Both the position numbers and the translations under genes were made by a program. A stretch of 64,000 nucleotides of DNA, taken from contig CAXHJY010001764.1 of NCBI GenBank assembly GCA_964016885.1, positions 1 to 64,000 of the forward strand, given 5' to 3'. Every line of letters begins with the position of its first letter. The first letter of the stretch is position 1. This DNA is from Eledone cirrhosa. Lineage: Eukaryota. A model generated the notes under the pieces. It saw only the letters and a list, made by a program, of their open reading frames with translations, was not told where the DNA came from and did no database searches. Positions 38,141 to 52,908 of this stretch are shown piece after piece.

Positions 38141-41100
38141 ATCATCATCATCATCATCATCATCATCAACGTTTAACGTCCGTGTTCCACGCTTGCATGG
38201 GTTTGGACGGGGGTTTTCCCACTTGAGGCAAGAGTGATTGTCTTGCTCGCATAGGACTGTCTGGCAGGTTTTCTACAGTTGGATGCCCTTCCTAACACCA
38301 ACCACATTTACAGTGTGGGTCTGGGAGGTTTTTACCGTGTTGCCTACACGGCCACATTACAGCGTGGACTGTGTGTTTTTTTGTCGTGACACCTACACAA
38401 TCTCATTTGTTTCGGCCTGGATATTGTGGCACCAACATAACTTTACATTGAAAGGGGCGGTGTGGATGGGGTGGACGTGGTGGGACGTGGGGGTGTTTTG
38501 ATAGAGATGCCTACTGACTGTAGTAGGTTTTTACTTTGTATTTAGGTAAGGTGGGTCTTCTCTATTACTGAGTACCGCCAAAGGTCTCGGTCCAGTGACA
38601 TTGTCTTGGAGAGGTGTAAGCGTGTGAGGTCGGAATTTATCAGCTCGTCCCATGTTTTTCTGGGTCTGCCTACTCCGTGGCTACCGTCTATCTTTATTGC
38701 CCTGCACTTTGTTATACAGCTGTCATCTTTCATGCGCATCACGTGACCGTACCAACGTAGCCTTCTCTCGAGTAAACAACATCTGATCCCTCTTATTTCT
38801 AATTTTTTCCTTAGTTCGTTTATGCTTTGCCGTTCACGTATATTACTATTGCACATCCAGCGGAGCATGCAAGCTTCGTTTCTCTCTAGTCTGCGTATAT
38901 CCTCTGCACACAATGCCCAGGTCTCACTGCCATGCAGCATTGCTGTTCGTATGCAGGCATCGTATAACCTGCCTTTCATTTTTAGGGAGAACCCTCTAGC
39001 GGCTAATAGTGGTATAAGCTCTCTGAACTTTTTCCATCCAGTTCTGACTCTAGCTACTGTACTTTCAGAGCACCCTCCCCCACTGCTGATTTTGTCACCC
39101 AGGTAACGGAAGCTGTCCACTATTTCTATAGAACCCTCTGCGCAGTTGAAGGAGCTAGTATTTTGTGGGCACTTGCTGCTACTTATTGCACCAGAGCACC
39201 GGCCACATGTAAAATCTATGTTCTTAGTTAGCTTACCTGTGATCCCACTACATCTTTTATGCACCCATACTTTGCATTTGGGACATAAAATGGAGTTTCT
39301 ACCTACGCCTTTCCTACACACTGAGCATGGCCATTTCCCAGATGGGACTGCCGCCTTATTTTCTTTCCTACAAACTAGAACTTTAGTCTTAGCCAGGTTA
39401 ATTTTAAGGCCTTTTGAATTTCTTCTCTAGTTCGGTCATTGATTCAGCTATGAGCGTTAGATCTGCGTATAGGAGTTCCCATGGGCAGCCGGTCTTGAAC
39501 TCCTCTGTTATAGCCTGAAGGGCAATAATAAATAGTAGGGGGCTAAGAACAGAGCCCTGATGGACACCAACTTTTACGCTAAACTCTTCACTATATTCGT
39601 TGTTAATTCTAACCTTACTGACTGTTTCTTTATACATGGCTTGTATAGCTCTCACAAGCCATTCGTCAACACCTAGTTTTCTAAGAGACCACCAGATAAT
39701 GGAACGGGGGACTCTGTCGAAGGCTTTCTCCAAGTCGACGAAAGCTAAGTATAGGGGTTTACTTTTAGCTAGGTACTTCTCCTGTAGTTGTCGTACAATG
39801 AAAAGAGCGTCTGTGGTACTTTTGCCTGACACAAACCCGAACTGCATTTCACCTAGATCAATTCTCTCTCTGATTAGTTGCGCTATTACTTTTTCCGTGA
39901 CCTTCATGACCTGGTCGATTAATTTAATGCCTCTATAGTTACTCCTATCTAGGGCATCTCCTTTTCCCTTATAGCAGTTAACGATGATGCTGCTACGCCA
40001 GTCCTTCGGAACAACCCCATTCTGTACGACTTGGTTAACTATCCGGGTGACCATGGTGTGTCCCACCGAACCAGATGCCTTCAGCATCTCAGCAACTATT
40101 TCCGAAGGACCAGCCGCCTTACCCGTCTTCATATCTTTGATTGCCTTGCTTATTGTACTACCCTGGACTAACACTGCTGGTCCCTCTATTGGGTCGATGT
40201 GGGGGAGACTGTCTTTCTCCCATTTGTTCTCCTCATTTAGAAGCCTTTCGTAGTGACACTTCCAAGCTACCTTCTTATCAGCGTCGGTGATGGCAAGTAT
40301 GCCATCATCGTTAAGTACACACTTCTCCCCGACAATATCACGGTTTTCCTTGACACATTGCCTGGCAATCCTGAACACCTCACGTTTTTGGTCCTCACGT
40401 TGTAGAACATGCTTGAACTTTCTTTCCTCTGCTTCCCTTCTTGCGAAGTACACTTGTCTCCTAGCTTCCCTCCTGGCCACTTGATAGTCTTCTCTACTTC
40501 CCCCATCCCGCCATGCTTTCCAAGCCTGCTTTTTGGCCTTAATTGACTCCTCCACCTTACTGTTCCACCACCATGTTACTCTCCTCCTACCTACAGGCCT
40601 GCTCCAGCCACAGACTTCGTCTGCCGCCGTCAGCAGGTTTGCTCTCAGGAATTCCCACTGTTCCTCTATATTATACGACTCTAATTGCTCTTCCTTACTG
40701 TCGAAAGCGTCAAGTAATATGCTTTGAAATTTATTTCTGGCTATGGGGTCCTTTAGCTTCCATATTTTTCTCCTGAGGATAGTCCTCTTCCGCTGTCTAG
40801 TACGTCTCGTCCTGACTATGAGGTCGCTAATTATCAGTCTATGTTGGGAGGTGAATTCTTCATGGGGGAGGCATTTAGTGTTAACAACAGACACTCTGTC
40901 ACGTCTTCTGGTAAGGATATAATCTACCTGGCTTGTGTGTTCCCCCAATCTATAGGTGATCAAGTGATTGTCACGTTTTTTGAAGTTAGTGTTACAGATA
41001 GTTAGGTTATTTGCGTCGCAGAATTCCAGGATTCTGGAGCCTTCCTCATTTCTAGTACCGAACCCATAGCCTCCATGGATTCCGTCATAGCCGTCACAAT

Positions 41101-41885
41101 GTTGTCCAACGTGACCATTTAGGTCGCCTGCAATAACTATATAGTCACTGTCGGTTATTTGGGAGGTAGCGAGCATCAGTGTCTCCTAGAATCTGTCTTT
41201 TATAGCACAGGGCAGTCCAGATTGTGGTGCGTACGCAGATATTACTGTCACCGTAGTTTTATTGAGGACAAGTCTTATTTTAATTATTCTGTCGTTCACT
41301 CTATTTACGTCTATTATCTTATCTGCCCACTTTTCTGCTACCATGATTCCTACCCCACCCAACCCATTGTCATTTCTCACCCAGAAAAGCTTATAGCATC
41401 GTTCTTTACCCACAATGAATCTAGCAGACCCACCCCTCCACCTGGTCTCTTGAATACAACAAACATCGACCTCCTTACGTTCAAGCATTTCTACAACCTC
41501 GTTAGAGCGACCCTTTAAGGTGCCTACATTCATGGTACCAACTCTGAAGTTTTGGATTGCGTTTGGAGGGTGGGAGCGGTGGGGCGTGGAGGGGGATGGG
41601 GTTATGTTAGCCATCCTGGGCCGAAACAAGGCGGAGTGCTTGCATTCTCGTCCACGAGGTGAATTTGTCTTTATCTTTGGCATTGTCGCTGAGCGTCTAC
41701 ATTTTTCTCTCTTCAACTCTCCAGAATTCCGTAGTCCATCCATCATATCGAAAAGCAACCAGTTAAGCGATAGTATGGGCCTCTGACTTATGATTGGTCC
41801 ACGTAATAATGGTGGTGCGTGGGGGTAGGTGGGAGGGATGATGGGTTGTTAGCGAGAATGTAAGGTTTAAGATAAGATCGCCGTA
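38141..41885 (-). mobile_element. Near full-length RTE LINE family A, inactivated
   Basis: ORF pieces 41186-41758, 39404-41176 and 38542-39321 (APE, RT, PHD-like). Stop at 41186, YADD reduced to YADL, and a deletion near 39415. Confidence 0.93.
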
Positions 41886-42147
41886 TTTATATATATATAT
41901 ACATATATATACATATATATATATATGATTAAGTTAAAAATGTACATCCACATATGTATACTGAAATACTAGTATGCATATGAATACACACACGTATACA
42001 TATGTAGATGTACCGAGTTTTTCACTGGTCACTTTACTGTGAGTGTCCAGCTATTCTGTATGTAAACACACAGACAAACCGGTTTTTAGAGTCATACTGG
42101 TTTTTGAGGAAACACCTTTCCTCTATTCTCCAGAAAGCCAGACAAGG

Positions 42148-42192
42148 AACATTGAACTAGTTTCGATGTTGTTACATCTCATCAGCAATATT
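42148..42192 (-). ncRNA. Compact minimal hammerhead ribozyme
   Basis: Reverse complement reads AATATTG CTGATGA GATGT-AACA-ACATC GAAA CTAG TT CAATGTT. Confidence 0.85.
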
Positions 42193-42384
42193 TACCTATC
42201 TTCCGGCCTTTCTAGAGAATCATAAAAGCACATATCGTTATATGCTTTTTCTATGAAAATTAGTAGTGGGCATTTTAGTAGTGTACATTTTTAACTTAAT
42301 TGTTTAAGCGTCAGTCATACAAAAGTGAGTTACAAACGAAACGAAATTTAATTTCGTTTCGTTATTTGTTTTTATATATATATG

Positions 42385-42438
<54 letters not shown>

Positions 42439-42443
42439 TGTAA

Positions 42444-42491
<48 letters not shown>

Positions 42492-42504
42492 GTATATATA
42501 TATG

Positions 42505-42553
<49 letters not shown>

Positions 42554-42554
42554 G

Positions 42555-42938
42555 TTGGTAAACGGAATAGAAAATGCTGAGAAATTGTTCACAGTTGAAA
42601 AATGGTTTAATTAGGAATAAAAGAGTATTAGTGATTGTATGGGTTAGTATTCAGTTGTGGTTTTAAGTTTTTAAGTTTTTACCGGTTGCGCATTTCTAAA
42701 TGCTTTTCAAAAATAATTTTGAGATAGAGTGTCCGTGCTGTTTGCTCTGATCAGAGCAAACAGCACGGACACTCTATCTCAAAATTATTTTTGAAAAGCA
42801 TTTAGAAATGCGCAACCGGTAAAAACTTAAAACCACAACTGAATACTAACCCATACAATCACTAATACTCTTTTATTCCTAATTAAACCATTTTTCAACT
42901 GTGAACAATTTCTCAGCATTTTCTATTCCGTTTACCAA
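42555..42938. repeat. Near-perfect spacerless palindrome with ~190-bp arms
   Basis: Centre CTGA|TCAG at 42750/42751; the arms differ by an 8-bp duplication. Confidence 0.93.
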
Positions 42939-42989
42939 TATATAATAACTTGTGTGTTACACCTCTATTCTTTTAACTATATATATATG

Positions 42990-43020
<31 letters not shown>

Positions 43021-43033
43021 GTATATATATATG

Positions 43034-43066
<33 letters not shown>

Positions 43067-43071
43067 GTATG

Positions 43072-43122
<51 letters not shown>

Positions 43123-43167
43123 ATATATATATATGTGGATATATATATATGTGGATATATATATATG

Positions 43168-43232
<65 letters not shown>

Positions 43233-44929
43233 GTATATATGTATATATGTATTATATATATATATGTATATATAATAAATATATGTATGTATATATATAA
43301 TGTGTATATATATTATATGTATATATATATGTATATATGTATTATATATATATATGTATATATAATAAATATATGTATGTATATATATAATGTGTATATA
43401 TATTATATGTATATATATATGTATATATGTATTATATATTATATGTATATATATATGTATATATGTATTATATGTTATATGTATATATATATGTATATAT
43501 GTATTATATGTTATATGTATATATATATGTATATATGTATTATATATATATGTGTATATATATGTATATATGTATTATATATATATGTGTATATATAATA
43601 TATATATATATGTATATATGTATTATATATATATGTGTATATATAATATATATATTATAAGTATATATATATATATATGTATATATGTATATATATATAT
43701 ATGTATATATGTATTATATATATATGTATATATATAATATATATATATGTATATATATAATATATATATATGTATATATATATATGTATATATGTATTAT
43801 ATATATATGTATATATATAATATATATATATGTATATATATAATATATATATATGTATATATATAATAAATATATGTATATATATATATATATATATGTA
43901 TATATGTACTATATATATATGTATATATATAATAAATATATGTATGTATATATGGAAAGTTATATTTAAATTGTTGGGTTAACAACGAGTAAATATTTAT
44001 AACTGATATAAAAGCACTCAACAAGTATTTGTATGTATATATATATTATATGTATATATATAATAAAGATATGTATGTATATATATATATAATATATGTA
44101 TATGTGTATATATATTATATGTATATATATATGTATATATATAATAAATATATGTATGTATATATATAATATATGTATATGTGTATATATATGTATATAT
44201 ATAATATATGTATATGTGTATATATATTATATGTATATATATATGTATATATATAATAAATATATGTATGTATATATATAATATATGTATATGTGTATAT
44301 ATATTATATGTATATATATATAATATATATATGTATGTATATATATATATATGTATATATAATATATGTATATATATATATGTATATATAATATATGTAT
44401 ATATATATATGTATGTATATATATGTATATATGTATATATATATGTATATATAATATATGTATATATATATATGTATGTATGTATATATGTATATATATG
44501 TATATATATATGTATATATATATATGTATGTATATATATATATATATAATATATGTATGTATATATGTGTATATGTATATATGTATATATATATGTATAT
44601 ATATTCACCACCGCCATTACCAGCGCAAAGCAAACAATTATTATTATTATTATTATATACAAGCTGAACTGGACTGGGAAAGGTCAACAGTTGACATGAT
44701 ATTGATTTTGATTTTGACTTTGATGATTTTGATTTTGATTTTGTATCAGTACTGTCGGTAATATATGTATATATATGTGTGTTTGTGAGTGGTGTGTGTG
44801 ATTGTATGCATGAATGAGTGTTGGTATGTGTGCCGTGTGTGTGGTTGTGGTTTGTATGCATGTGTATTGATGTGTGAGTGTTTGTGTGTGCGTCGTGTCA
44901 ACAAGTTTTTTTTTTTTTTTTTTTTTTTA

Positions 44930-47900
44930 ATGACCATGCTGTCAAATGGGGGGTAGAGAGGGCCCTTGAGTCTAGTAAGACATCCTCTCTAGTGCTGGTG
45001 GCACAAATAAAAGCACCCAGTCCATACTGTAAAGTGGCGCTGGTGTTAGGAAGGGCATCCAACCAGTGCATCAATGCCAAAACGCTTATCAGCACAGCAA
45101 CAGATAGGAACAACAACAAAATATGAAGACGTCGCATCTCAGAGTTGCAACACTTAATGTTGGCACTCTCAGAGGTAGATCTGCTGAAATAGCGGAGATG
45201 CTGGAAAGAAGGCAGGTGGATGTGTGCTGCGTGCAAGAGGTGAGATGGAGAGGTGCCTCCGCGAGACTAGTCGTAGGCAAGCGTCTTAGCTATAAGCTAT
45301 TCTGGGTAGGTAAGGATGATGGGTTAGGGGGAGTAGGCATTTTCCTGGCTGAGAAATGGATCAATAAGACAATAGAGGTAGTTTGAGTTAGTAATCGAAT
45401 AATTAAGCTTAGATTAGTTGTAGGTAGGAGACTACTGACAATCATCTCGGTCTATGCTCCCCAAGCAGGCCTAGGCAAAGATGAGAAAGACTGCTTTTAT
45501 GAGCAACTTTTGCAAACAACCACAATGACAGAGGACGGAGACATCGTTATGCTAGCAGGAGACTTCAATGGTCATGTTGGACAGCTCCAGGATGGTTACA
45601 CTGGGGTACATGGTGGGCACGGTTACGGTTCAAGAAATGAAGAAGGAGTGAGACTTCTTGAATTTTGTGATGCGAGTACATTGACTGTTTGCAACACAAA
45701 CTTCCAGAAACCTGCCAATCACCTAATAACCTACAAATCTGGTGAGCACATAAGCCAGATTGACTTCCTGCTAGTTAGGCAGCGGGACAGGCAGATAGTG
45801 TATAATACCAAGGCATACCCTGGTGAAGAATGTACCCCACAGCATAGGTTAGTTGTTAGTGATATCTCAGTAAGCAAGAGATGGAATGAGACATATAGGA
45901 AGGTCTGGAGAAGAAAGGTCTGGAAACTAAAAGACCTTTCACTAAAATACAAATTTAGGAAAGCCCTTCAAGATGTATATGACGAAAAAGAAGACGATTT
46001 AGAGACGTATGACATAGATAATAACTGGAAGTTCCTACGTGACAACTTGCTGCAGGCTACTGATGAAACCTGTGGCTGGAGCAGAGCTCCAACCAGATAG
46101 AGAGTGACCTGGTGGTGGAACAGCACAGTAGATAAGGCTATTAGAGACAAAGACTAGCATGGAAGGCTTGGAAAAAGGGTGGGAGTAGGGAAGAATATAC
46201 AGCCACTAAGAGAGAAGCTAGACGTCAGGTGTACTTAGCACGCAGGGAGGCAGAGAGTAGGAGGTTTGCCAATGTTCTGTGATGGGAAGATCAGAGGCGT
46301 GCGGTGTTCCACATTGCAAGGCAGTGTGTCAATGCAAATCAGGATGTTGTTGGAGATAAATGTGTCCGGGATGATGCCGGTGTACTTAGTGTCACGAATG
46401 ATCAGAAAAAGGAGGCCTGGAAATGTCATTATGAGAGACTGATGAATGTGGAGAACGAATGGGAGAGAGAGAAATTACCCTTGGTAGATCCGACAGAGGG
46501 ACCAGCTATTGAGATTGACGAATATAGGGTCCAAGAGGCGATTAGGGAAATGAAAAATGGTAAGGCGGCCGGACCATCGGGAATAGTTGCTGAGATGCTG
46601 AAGGCATCAGGGGACATAGGCACTAAACTGGTTGCACGCATCATCAATCAGGCTATATATGGTGGTGTCATACCCAAAGACTGGTGCAACAGTATTCTCA
46701 TAAATTGCTACAAAGGTAAAGGGGATGCTTTGGAGAGGAGCAATTATAGGGGTATAAAACTGATAGTTCAGGTTATGAAAGTGGCAGAAAGGATTTTAGC
46801 ACAACTAATTAGAGAAAGGGTCAAACTAGATGAGATGCAGTTTGGTTTTGTGCCTGGGAAGAGTACAACAGATGCCCTCTTCTTGGTGAGACAAATGCAA
46901 GAGAGGTTCTTAGAGAAGAATAAGCCACTATACTTAGCCTTTGTTGACCTAGAGAAGGCCTTTGATAGGGTACCCCGATCTGTCATCTGGTGGTCCCTAA
47001 GGAAGCTAGGTGTTGAGGAATGGCTTGTGAGGACAGTGCAAACTTTGTACAGAGGTACTCTCAGTAAAGTCAGGGTAGGAATGGAGTTTAGTGAGGAATT
47101 CCAGATAAAAGTAGGAGTACATCAGGGTTCGGTCCTCAGCCCGCTCTTGTTCATTATAGTCCTCCAAGCCATAACAGAGGAGTTTAAGACTGGCTGTCCA
47201 TGGGAACTTCTCTATGCTGACGATCTGGTTCTTATAGCAGAATCAGTAGAGGAGCTAGAGAATAAATTCTGGCTATGGAAACAGCAGTTGGAAGCAAGAG
47301 GACTGAGAGTGAATCTAGCTAAGACAAAAGTGTTGATGAGTAGAAAAGAGGACAAAACCCTGATTCCGTCAGGGAAATGGCCATGTTCGATATGCAGAAA
47401 AGGAACTGGCATAAATTCTATAAAATGCACATAATGCAGATCCTGGGTACACAAGAGATGTAGCGGGAGAGCAGGCAAACTAACAGGTAGGGAGAAATAT
47501 GTATGCAGTAGATGTACAACGAAATTAGACAGTAGAAGTCGCACTGATAGACAAATTTTTCAAATGCAAGAGGGCGCTATAGAAGTGGTGGATAGCTTCC
47601 GGTACCTAGGAGATCAGATTAGCATGGGAGGAGGGTGTTCCGAGGCCATAGTATCTAGAATAAGGATGGGTTGGAAGAAGTTTAGGGAGCTGCTTCCTCT
47701 GTTGACGAAGAAGGGTTTCTCCCTGCGTACGAAAGGCCGGTTGTATGATGCCTGTGTGAGGAGCGCGATGCTGCATGGGAGTGAGACATGGGCAGCAACT
47801 GCAGAGGATATGCGACGGCTGGAGAGAAATGAGGCAAGCATGCTCCGTTGGATGTGCAGTGTAAATGTGCGTGAACGACCCAGCATAAATGTGTTGAGAG

Positions 47901-48210
47901 AGAAACTGTGTCTGAGAGGGATAGAATGTAGTGTACGGGAGAGGAGACTGAGGTGGTATGGACATGTGATGCGCATGGAGGATGAGCGATGGGTGAAGAA
48001 GTGCCAGGAAATGCCAGTTGAAGGAAGATGTGGTAGAGGTAGACCACGAAAAACATGGGCGGAGGTGGTGAGAACAGACCTCAGATCATTGAAGCTCACG
48101 GTGGAGATGACGAGGGACCGTGACGAGTGGAGAGATGCTGTGCTGAATAAGACCCGTCCCACCCTTGCAAGCAGGGAAAAGCGAATGTAAAATGATGATG
48201 ATGATGATGA
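44930..48210 (+). mobile_element. Near full-length RTE LINE family C with premature stops
   Basis: ORF pieces 45123-45386, 45510-46100, 46304-47434 and 47564-48190 (VATLNVGTL, GDFNGHVG, YADD); (GAT)n tail. Confidence 0.93.
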
Positions 48211-48321
48211 TATATGAATATATTATATATATGTACATATATATATTATATATATATACATATATATATATATGTATATTATTATTATATATATTATATA
48301 TATAATATATGTATATATATA

Positions 48322-51300
48322 TCATCATCATCATCATCATCATCATCGTTTAACGTCCGTGTTCCACGCTTGCATGGGTTTGGACGGAGGGTTTTCCCAC
48401 TTGAGGCAAGAGTGGTTATCTTGCTCGCATAGGACTATCTGGCGGGTTTTCTACAGCTGGATGCCCTTCCTAACACCAACCACATTTACAGTGTGGGGCT
48501 GGGAGGTTTTTACTGTGTTGCCTACACGGCCACATTACAGCGTGAACCGTGTGTTTTTTTGACGTGACACCTACACGATCTCATTTGTTTCGGCCTGGAT
48601 GTTGTGGCACCAACATAACTTTACATTGAATGGGGTGGATGGGGTGGGGTGGTGGGACGGGGGTGTATTTTGTTAGAGATGCCTACTGACTGTAGTAGGT
48701 TTTACTTTGTATTTAGGTAAGGCGGGTCTTCTCTATTACTGAGTACCGCCAAAGGTCTCGGTCCAGTGACATTGTCTTGGTGAGGTGTAAGTGTGTGAGG
48801 TCGGAATTTATCAGCTCGTCCCAGGTTTTTCTGGGTCTGCCTATTCCGTGGCTACCGTCTATCTTTATTGCCCTGCACTTTGTTATACAACTATCGTCCT
48901 TCATGCGCATCACGTGACCATACCAACATAGCCTTCTCTCGAGTAAACAACATCTGATCCCTCTTATTTCTAATTTTTTTCTTAGTTCGTTTATGCTTTG
49001 CCGTTCACGTATATTACTATTACACATCCAGCGGAGCATGCAAGCTTCGTTTCTCTCTAGTCTGCGTATAGCCTCTGCACACAATGCCCAGGTCTCACTG
49101 CCATGCAACATTGCTGTTCGTATGCAGGCATCGTACAACCTGCCTTTCATTTTTAGGGAGAACCCTTTAGCGGCTAATAGTGGTATGAGCTCTCTGAACT
49201 TTTTCCACCCAGTTCTGACTCTAGCTACTCTACTTTCAGAGCACCCTCCCCCACTGCTGATTTGGTCACCCAGGTAACGGAAGCTGACCACTATTTCTAT
49301 AGAACCCTCTGCGCAGTTGAAAGAGCTAGTATATTTTGGGCACTTGCTGCTACTTATTGCCCCAGAACACCGGCCATATGTAAAATCTATGTTCTTAGTT
49401 AGCTTACCTGTGATCCCACTACATCTTTTATGCACCCAAACTTTGCATTTGGGACACAAAATGGAGTTTCTACCTACGCCTTTCCTACACTCTGAGCATG
49501 GCCACTTCCCGGAGGGGACCGCCGCCTTATTTTCTTTCTTACAAACTAGAACTTTAGTCTTAGCCAGGTTAATTTTAAGGCCTTTTGATTCTAGGCCGTG
49601 CTTCCATGTTTGGAATTTCTTCTCTAGCTCGGCCATTGATTCAGCTATGAGCGTTAGATCATCTGCGTATAGGAGTTCCCATGGGCAGCCAGTCTTGAAC
49701 TCCACTGTTATAGCCTGGAGGGCAATAATAAATAGTAGGGGGCTAAGAACAGAGCCCTGATGAACACCAACTTTTACACTAAACTCTTCACTATATTCGT
49801 TGTTAATTCTAACGTTGCTGACTGTTTCTTTATACATGGCTTGTATAGCTCTCACAAGCCATTCATCAACACCTAGTTTTCTAAGAGCCCACCAGATAAT
49901 GGAACGGGGGGACTCTGTCGAAGGCTTTCTCCAAGTCAACGAAAGCTAAGTATAGGGGTTTACTTTTAGCTAGGTACTACTCCTGTAGTTGTCGTACAAT
50001 GAAAAGAGCGTCTGTGGTACTTTTTCCTGACACAAACCCGAACTGCATTTCATCTAGATCAATTCGCTCTCTAATTAGTTGCGCTATTACTTTTTCCGTG
50101 ACCTTCATGACCTGGTCGATTAATTTAATGCCTCTATAGTTACTCCTATCTAGGGCATCTCCTTTACCCTTATAACAGTTAACGATGATGCTGCTACGCC
50201 AGTCCTTCGGAACAGCCCCATTCTGTATGACTTGGTTGACTATCCGGGTGTCCATGGTGTGTCCCACCGAACCAGATGCCTTCAGCATCTCAGCAACTAT
50301 TTCCGAAGGCCCAGCCGCCTTACCCGTCTTCATATTTTTGATTGCCTTACTTATTATACTACCCTCGACTAACACTGCTGGTCCCTCTATTGGGTCGATG
50401 TGGGCGAGACTGTCTTTCTCCCATTTATTCTCCTCATTTAGTAGCCTTTCATAGTGACACTTCCAAGCTACCTTCTTATCAGCGTCGGTGATGGCAAGTA
50501 CGCCGTCATTGTTAAGTACACACTTCTCCCCGACAATATCACGGTTTTCCTTGACGCATTGCCTAGCAATCCTGAACACCTCACGTTTTTGGTCCTCGCG
50601 TTGTAGAACATGCTTGAACTTTCTTTCCTCTGCTTCCCTTCTTGCGAAGTACACTTGTCTCCTAGCTTCCCTCCTGGCCACTTGATAGTCTTCTTTACTT
50701 CCCCCATCCCGCCATACTTTCCAAGCCTGCTTTTTGGCCTTAATTGACCCCTCCACCTTACTGTTCCACCACCATGTTAATCTCCTCCTGCCAACAGGCC
50801 TGCTCCAGCCACAGACTTCGTCTGTCGCCATCAGCAGGTTTGCTTTCAGAAATTCCCACTGTCCCTCTATATAGTCCGACTCTAAATGCTCTTCCTTACT
50901 TTCGAAAGCATCAAGTAATATGCTTTGAAATTTATTTTTGGCTGTGGGGTCCTTTAGCTTCCATATTTTTCTCCTGAGGATAGTCCTCTTCTGTTGTCTA
51001 GTACGTCTCGTCCTGACTATTAGGTCGCTAATTATCAGTCTATGTTGGGAGGTGCATTCTTCATGGGGGAGGGATTTAGTGTTTACAACAGTCACTCTGT
51101 CACGTCTTCTGGTAAGGATATAATCTACCTGGCTGGTATGTTCCCCTGATCTGTAGGTGATCAAGTGATTGTCTCGTTTTTTGAAGTTAGTGTTGCAGAT
51201 AGTTAGGTTATTTGCGTCACAGAATTCCAGGATTCTGGAGCCTTCCTCATTTCTAGTACCAAACCCATAGCCTCCATGGATTTCGTCGTAGCCGTCACAA

Positions 51301-51687
51301 TGTTGTCCAACGTGACCCTTTAGGTCGCCTACAATAATTATATAGTCACTGTCGGTTATTTGGGAGGTAGTGAGCATCAGTGTCTCATAGAATCTGTCTT
51401 TTATAGTGTTGGGCAGTCCGGATTGGGGTGCGTACGCGGATATTACTGTCACCGTAGTTCTATTGAGGACAAGTCTTATTTTAATTATTCTGTCGTTCAC
51501 TCTATTTACGTCTATTATCTTATCTGCCCACTTTTCTGCTACCATGATTCCTACCCCACCCAGAAAAGCTTATAGCATCGTTTTCTACCCACAATGAATC
51601 TAGCAGATCCACCCCTCCACCTGGTCTCTTGAATACAACAAACATCGACCTCCTTACGTTCAAGCATCTCTACAACCTCGTTAGAGC
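48322..51687 (-). mobile_element. RTE LINE family A, slightly 5'-truncated and frameshifted
   Basis: ORFs 49977-51545 and 48713-49939. Confidence 0.93.
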
Positions 51688-51894
51688 ATATATTATATAT
51701 ATAATATATATGTACATATATATATTATATATATGTACATATATATATACATATATGTATATATATATATATATGTACATATATATATTATATATATGTA
51801 CATATATATATTATATATATATACATATATATATGTATATATATATATATTATATATATGTACATATATATATTATATATACATATATATATAC

Positions 51895-51926
<32 letters not shown>

Positions 51927-52080
51927 GTATATATATATAATATATGTATATATATATATTATATATATAATATATGTATATATATTATATATATAATATA
52001 TGTATATATATATATATTATATATATAATATATATATTATATATATATATTATATGTATGTACATATATATATTATATAT

Positions 52081-52409
52081 ATCATCATTTCATTTTACGT
52101 CCGCTTTTTCCCTGCTTGCAAGGGTGGGACGGTAACTGATTTGGGCTTGATTTCTACAGCTGGATGCCCTTCCTAACACCAACCTCATTTACAGTGAGTG
52201 GTGGGTGCTTTTTTGCCGTGGCACCTACACGACCACATTGCAGTGGAATGATATGGACCCCAGTCCCTATCATCTCATTTCTACAGATGAGTAAACTGGA
52301 ACAATGTGAAATAAAGTGTCTTGCTCAAGGAAACAACACATCACCCGGTCTGAGAATTGAACTCACAACCTTTCAATTGCAAGGTCAATGCTCTAACCAC
52401 TAAGCCTCC
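52081..52409 (-). mobile_element. tRNA-derived SINE
   Basis: Same family as 4499-4842. Confidence 0.88.
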
Positions 52410-52461
<52 letters not shown>

Positions 52462-52517
52462 GTATATATATAATATATGTATATATATAATATATGTATA
52501 TATATAATATATGTATG

Positions 52518-52553
<36 letters not shown>

Positions 52554-52908
52554 ATATATGTATATATAATATATGTATATATAATATATGTATATATATA
52601 ATATATGTATATATATATGTGTATATATATATAATATATGTATATATATATATATGTATATATATAATATATGTATATATATATGTGTATATATATATAA
52701 TATATGTATATATATATATATGTATATATATATAATATATGTATATATATATATATATTATATATATAATATATGTATATATATATATATATTATATATA
52801 TAATATGTGTATATATATATATTATATATATAATATGTGTATATATATATATATATTATATATATAATATGTGTATATATATATATATATTATATATATA
52901 ACATGTGT

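Noticed and set aside
42572-42615. HHR-like CTGAGA-stem-GAAA in the palindrome arm
   Set aside because: The core is one nucleotide short and stem I does not pair convincingly.
45384-47434. In-frame stops in RTE-C as selenocysteine or programmed read-through
   Set aside because: The stops are a mix of TGA, TAG and TAA, the TGAs fall at Arg positions, and there is also a frameshift. This fits ordinary decay.
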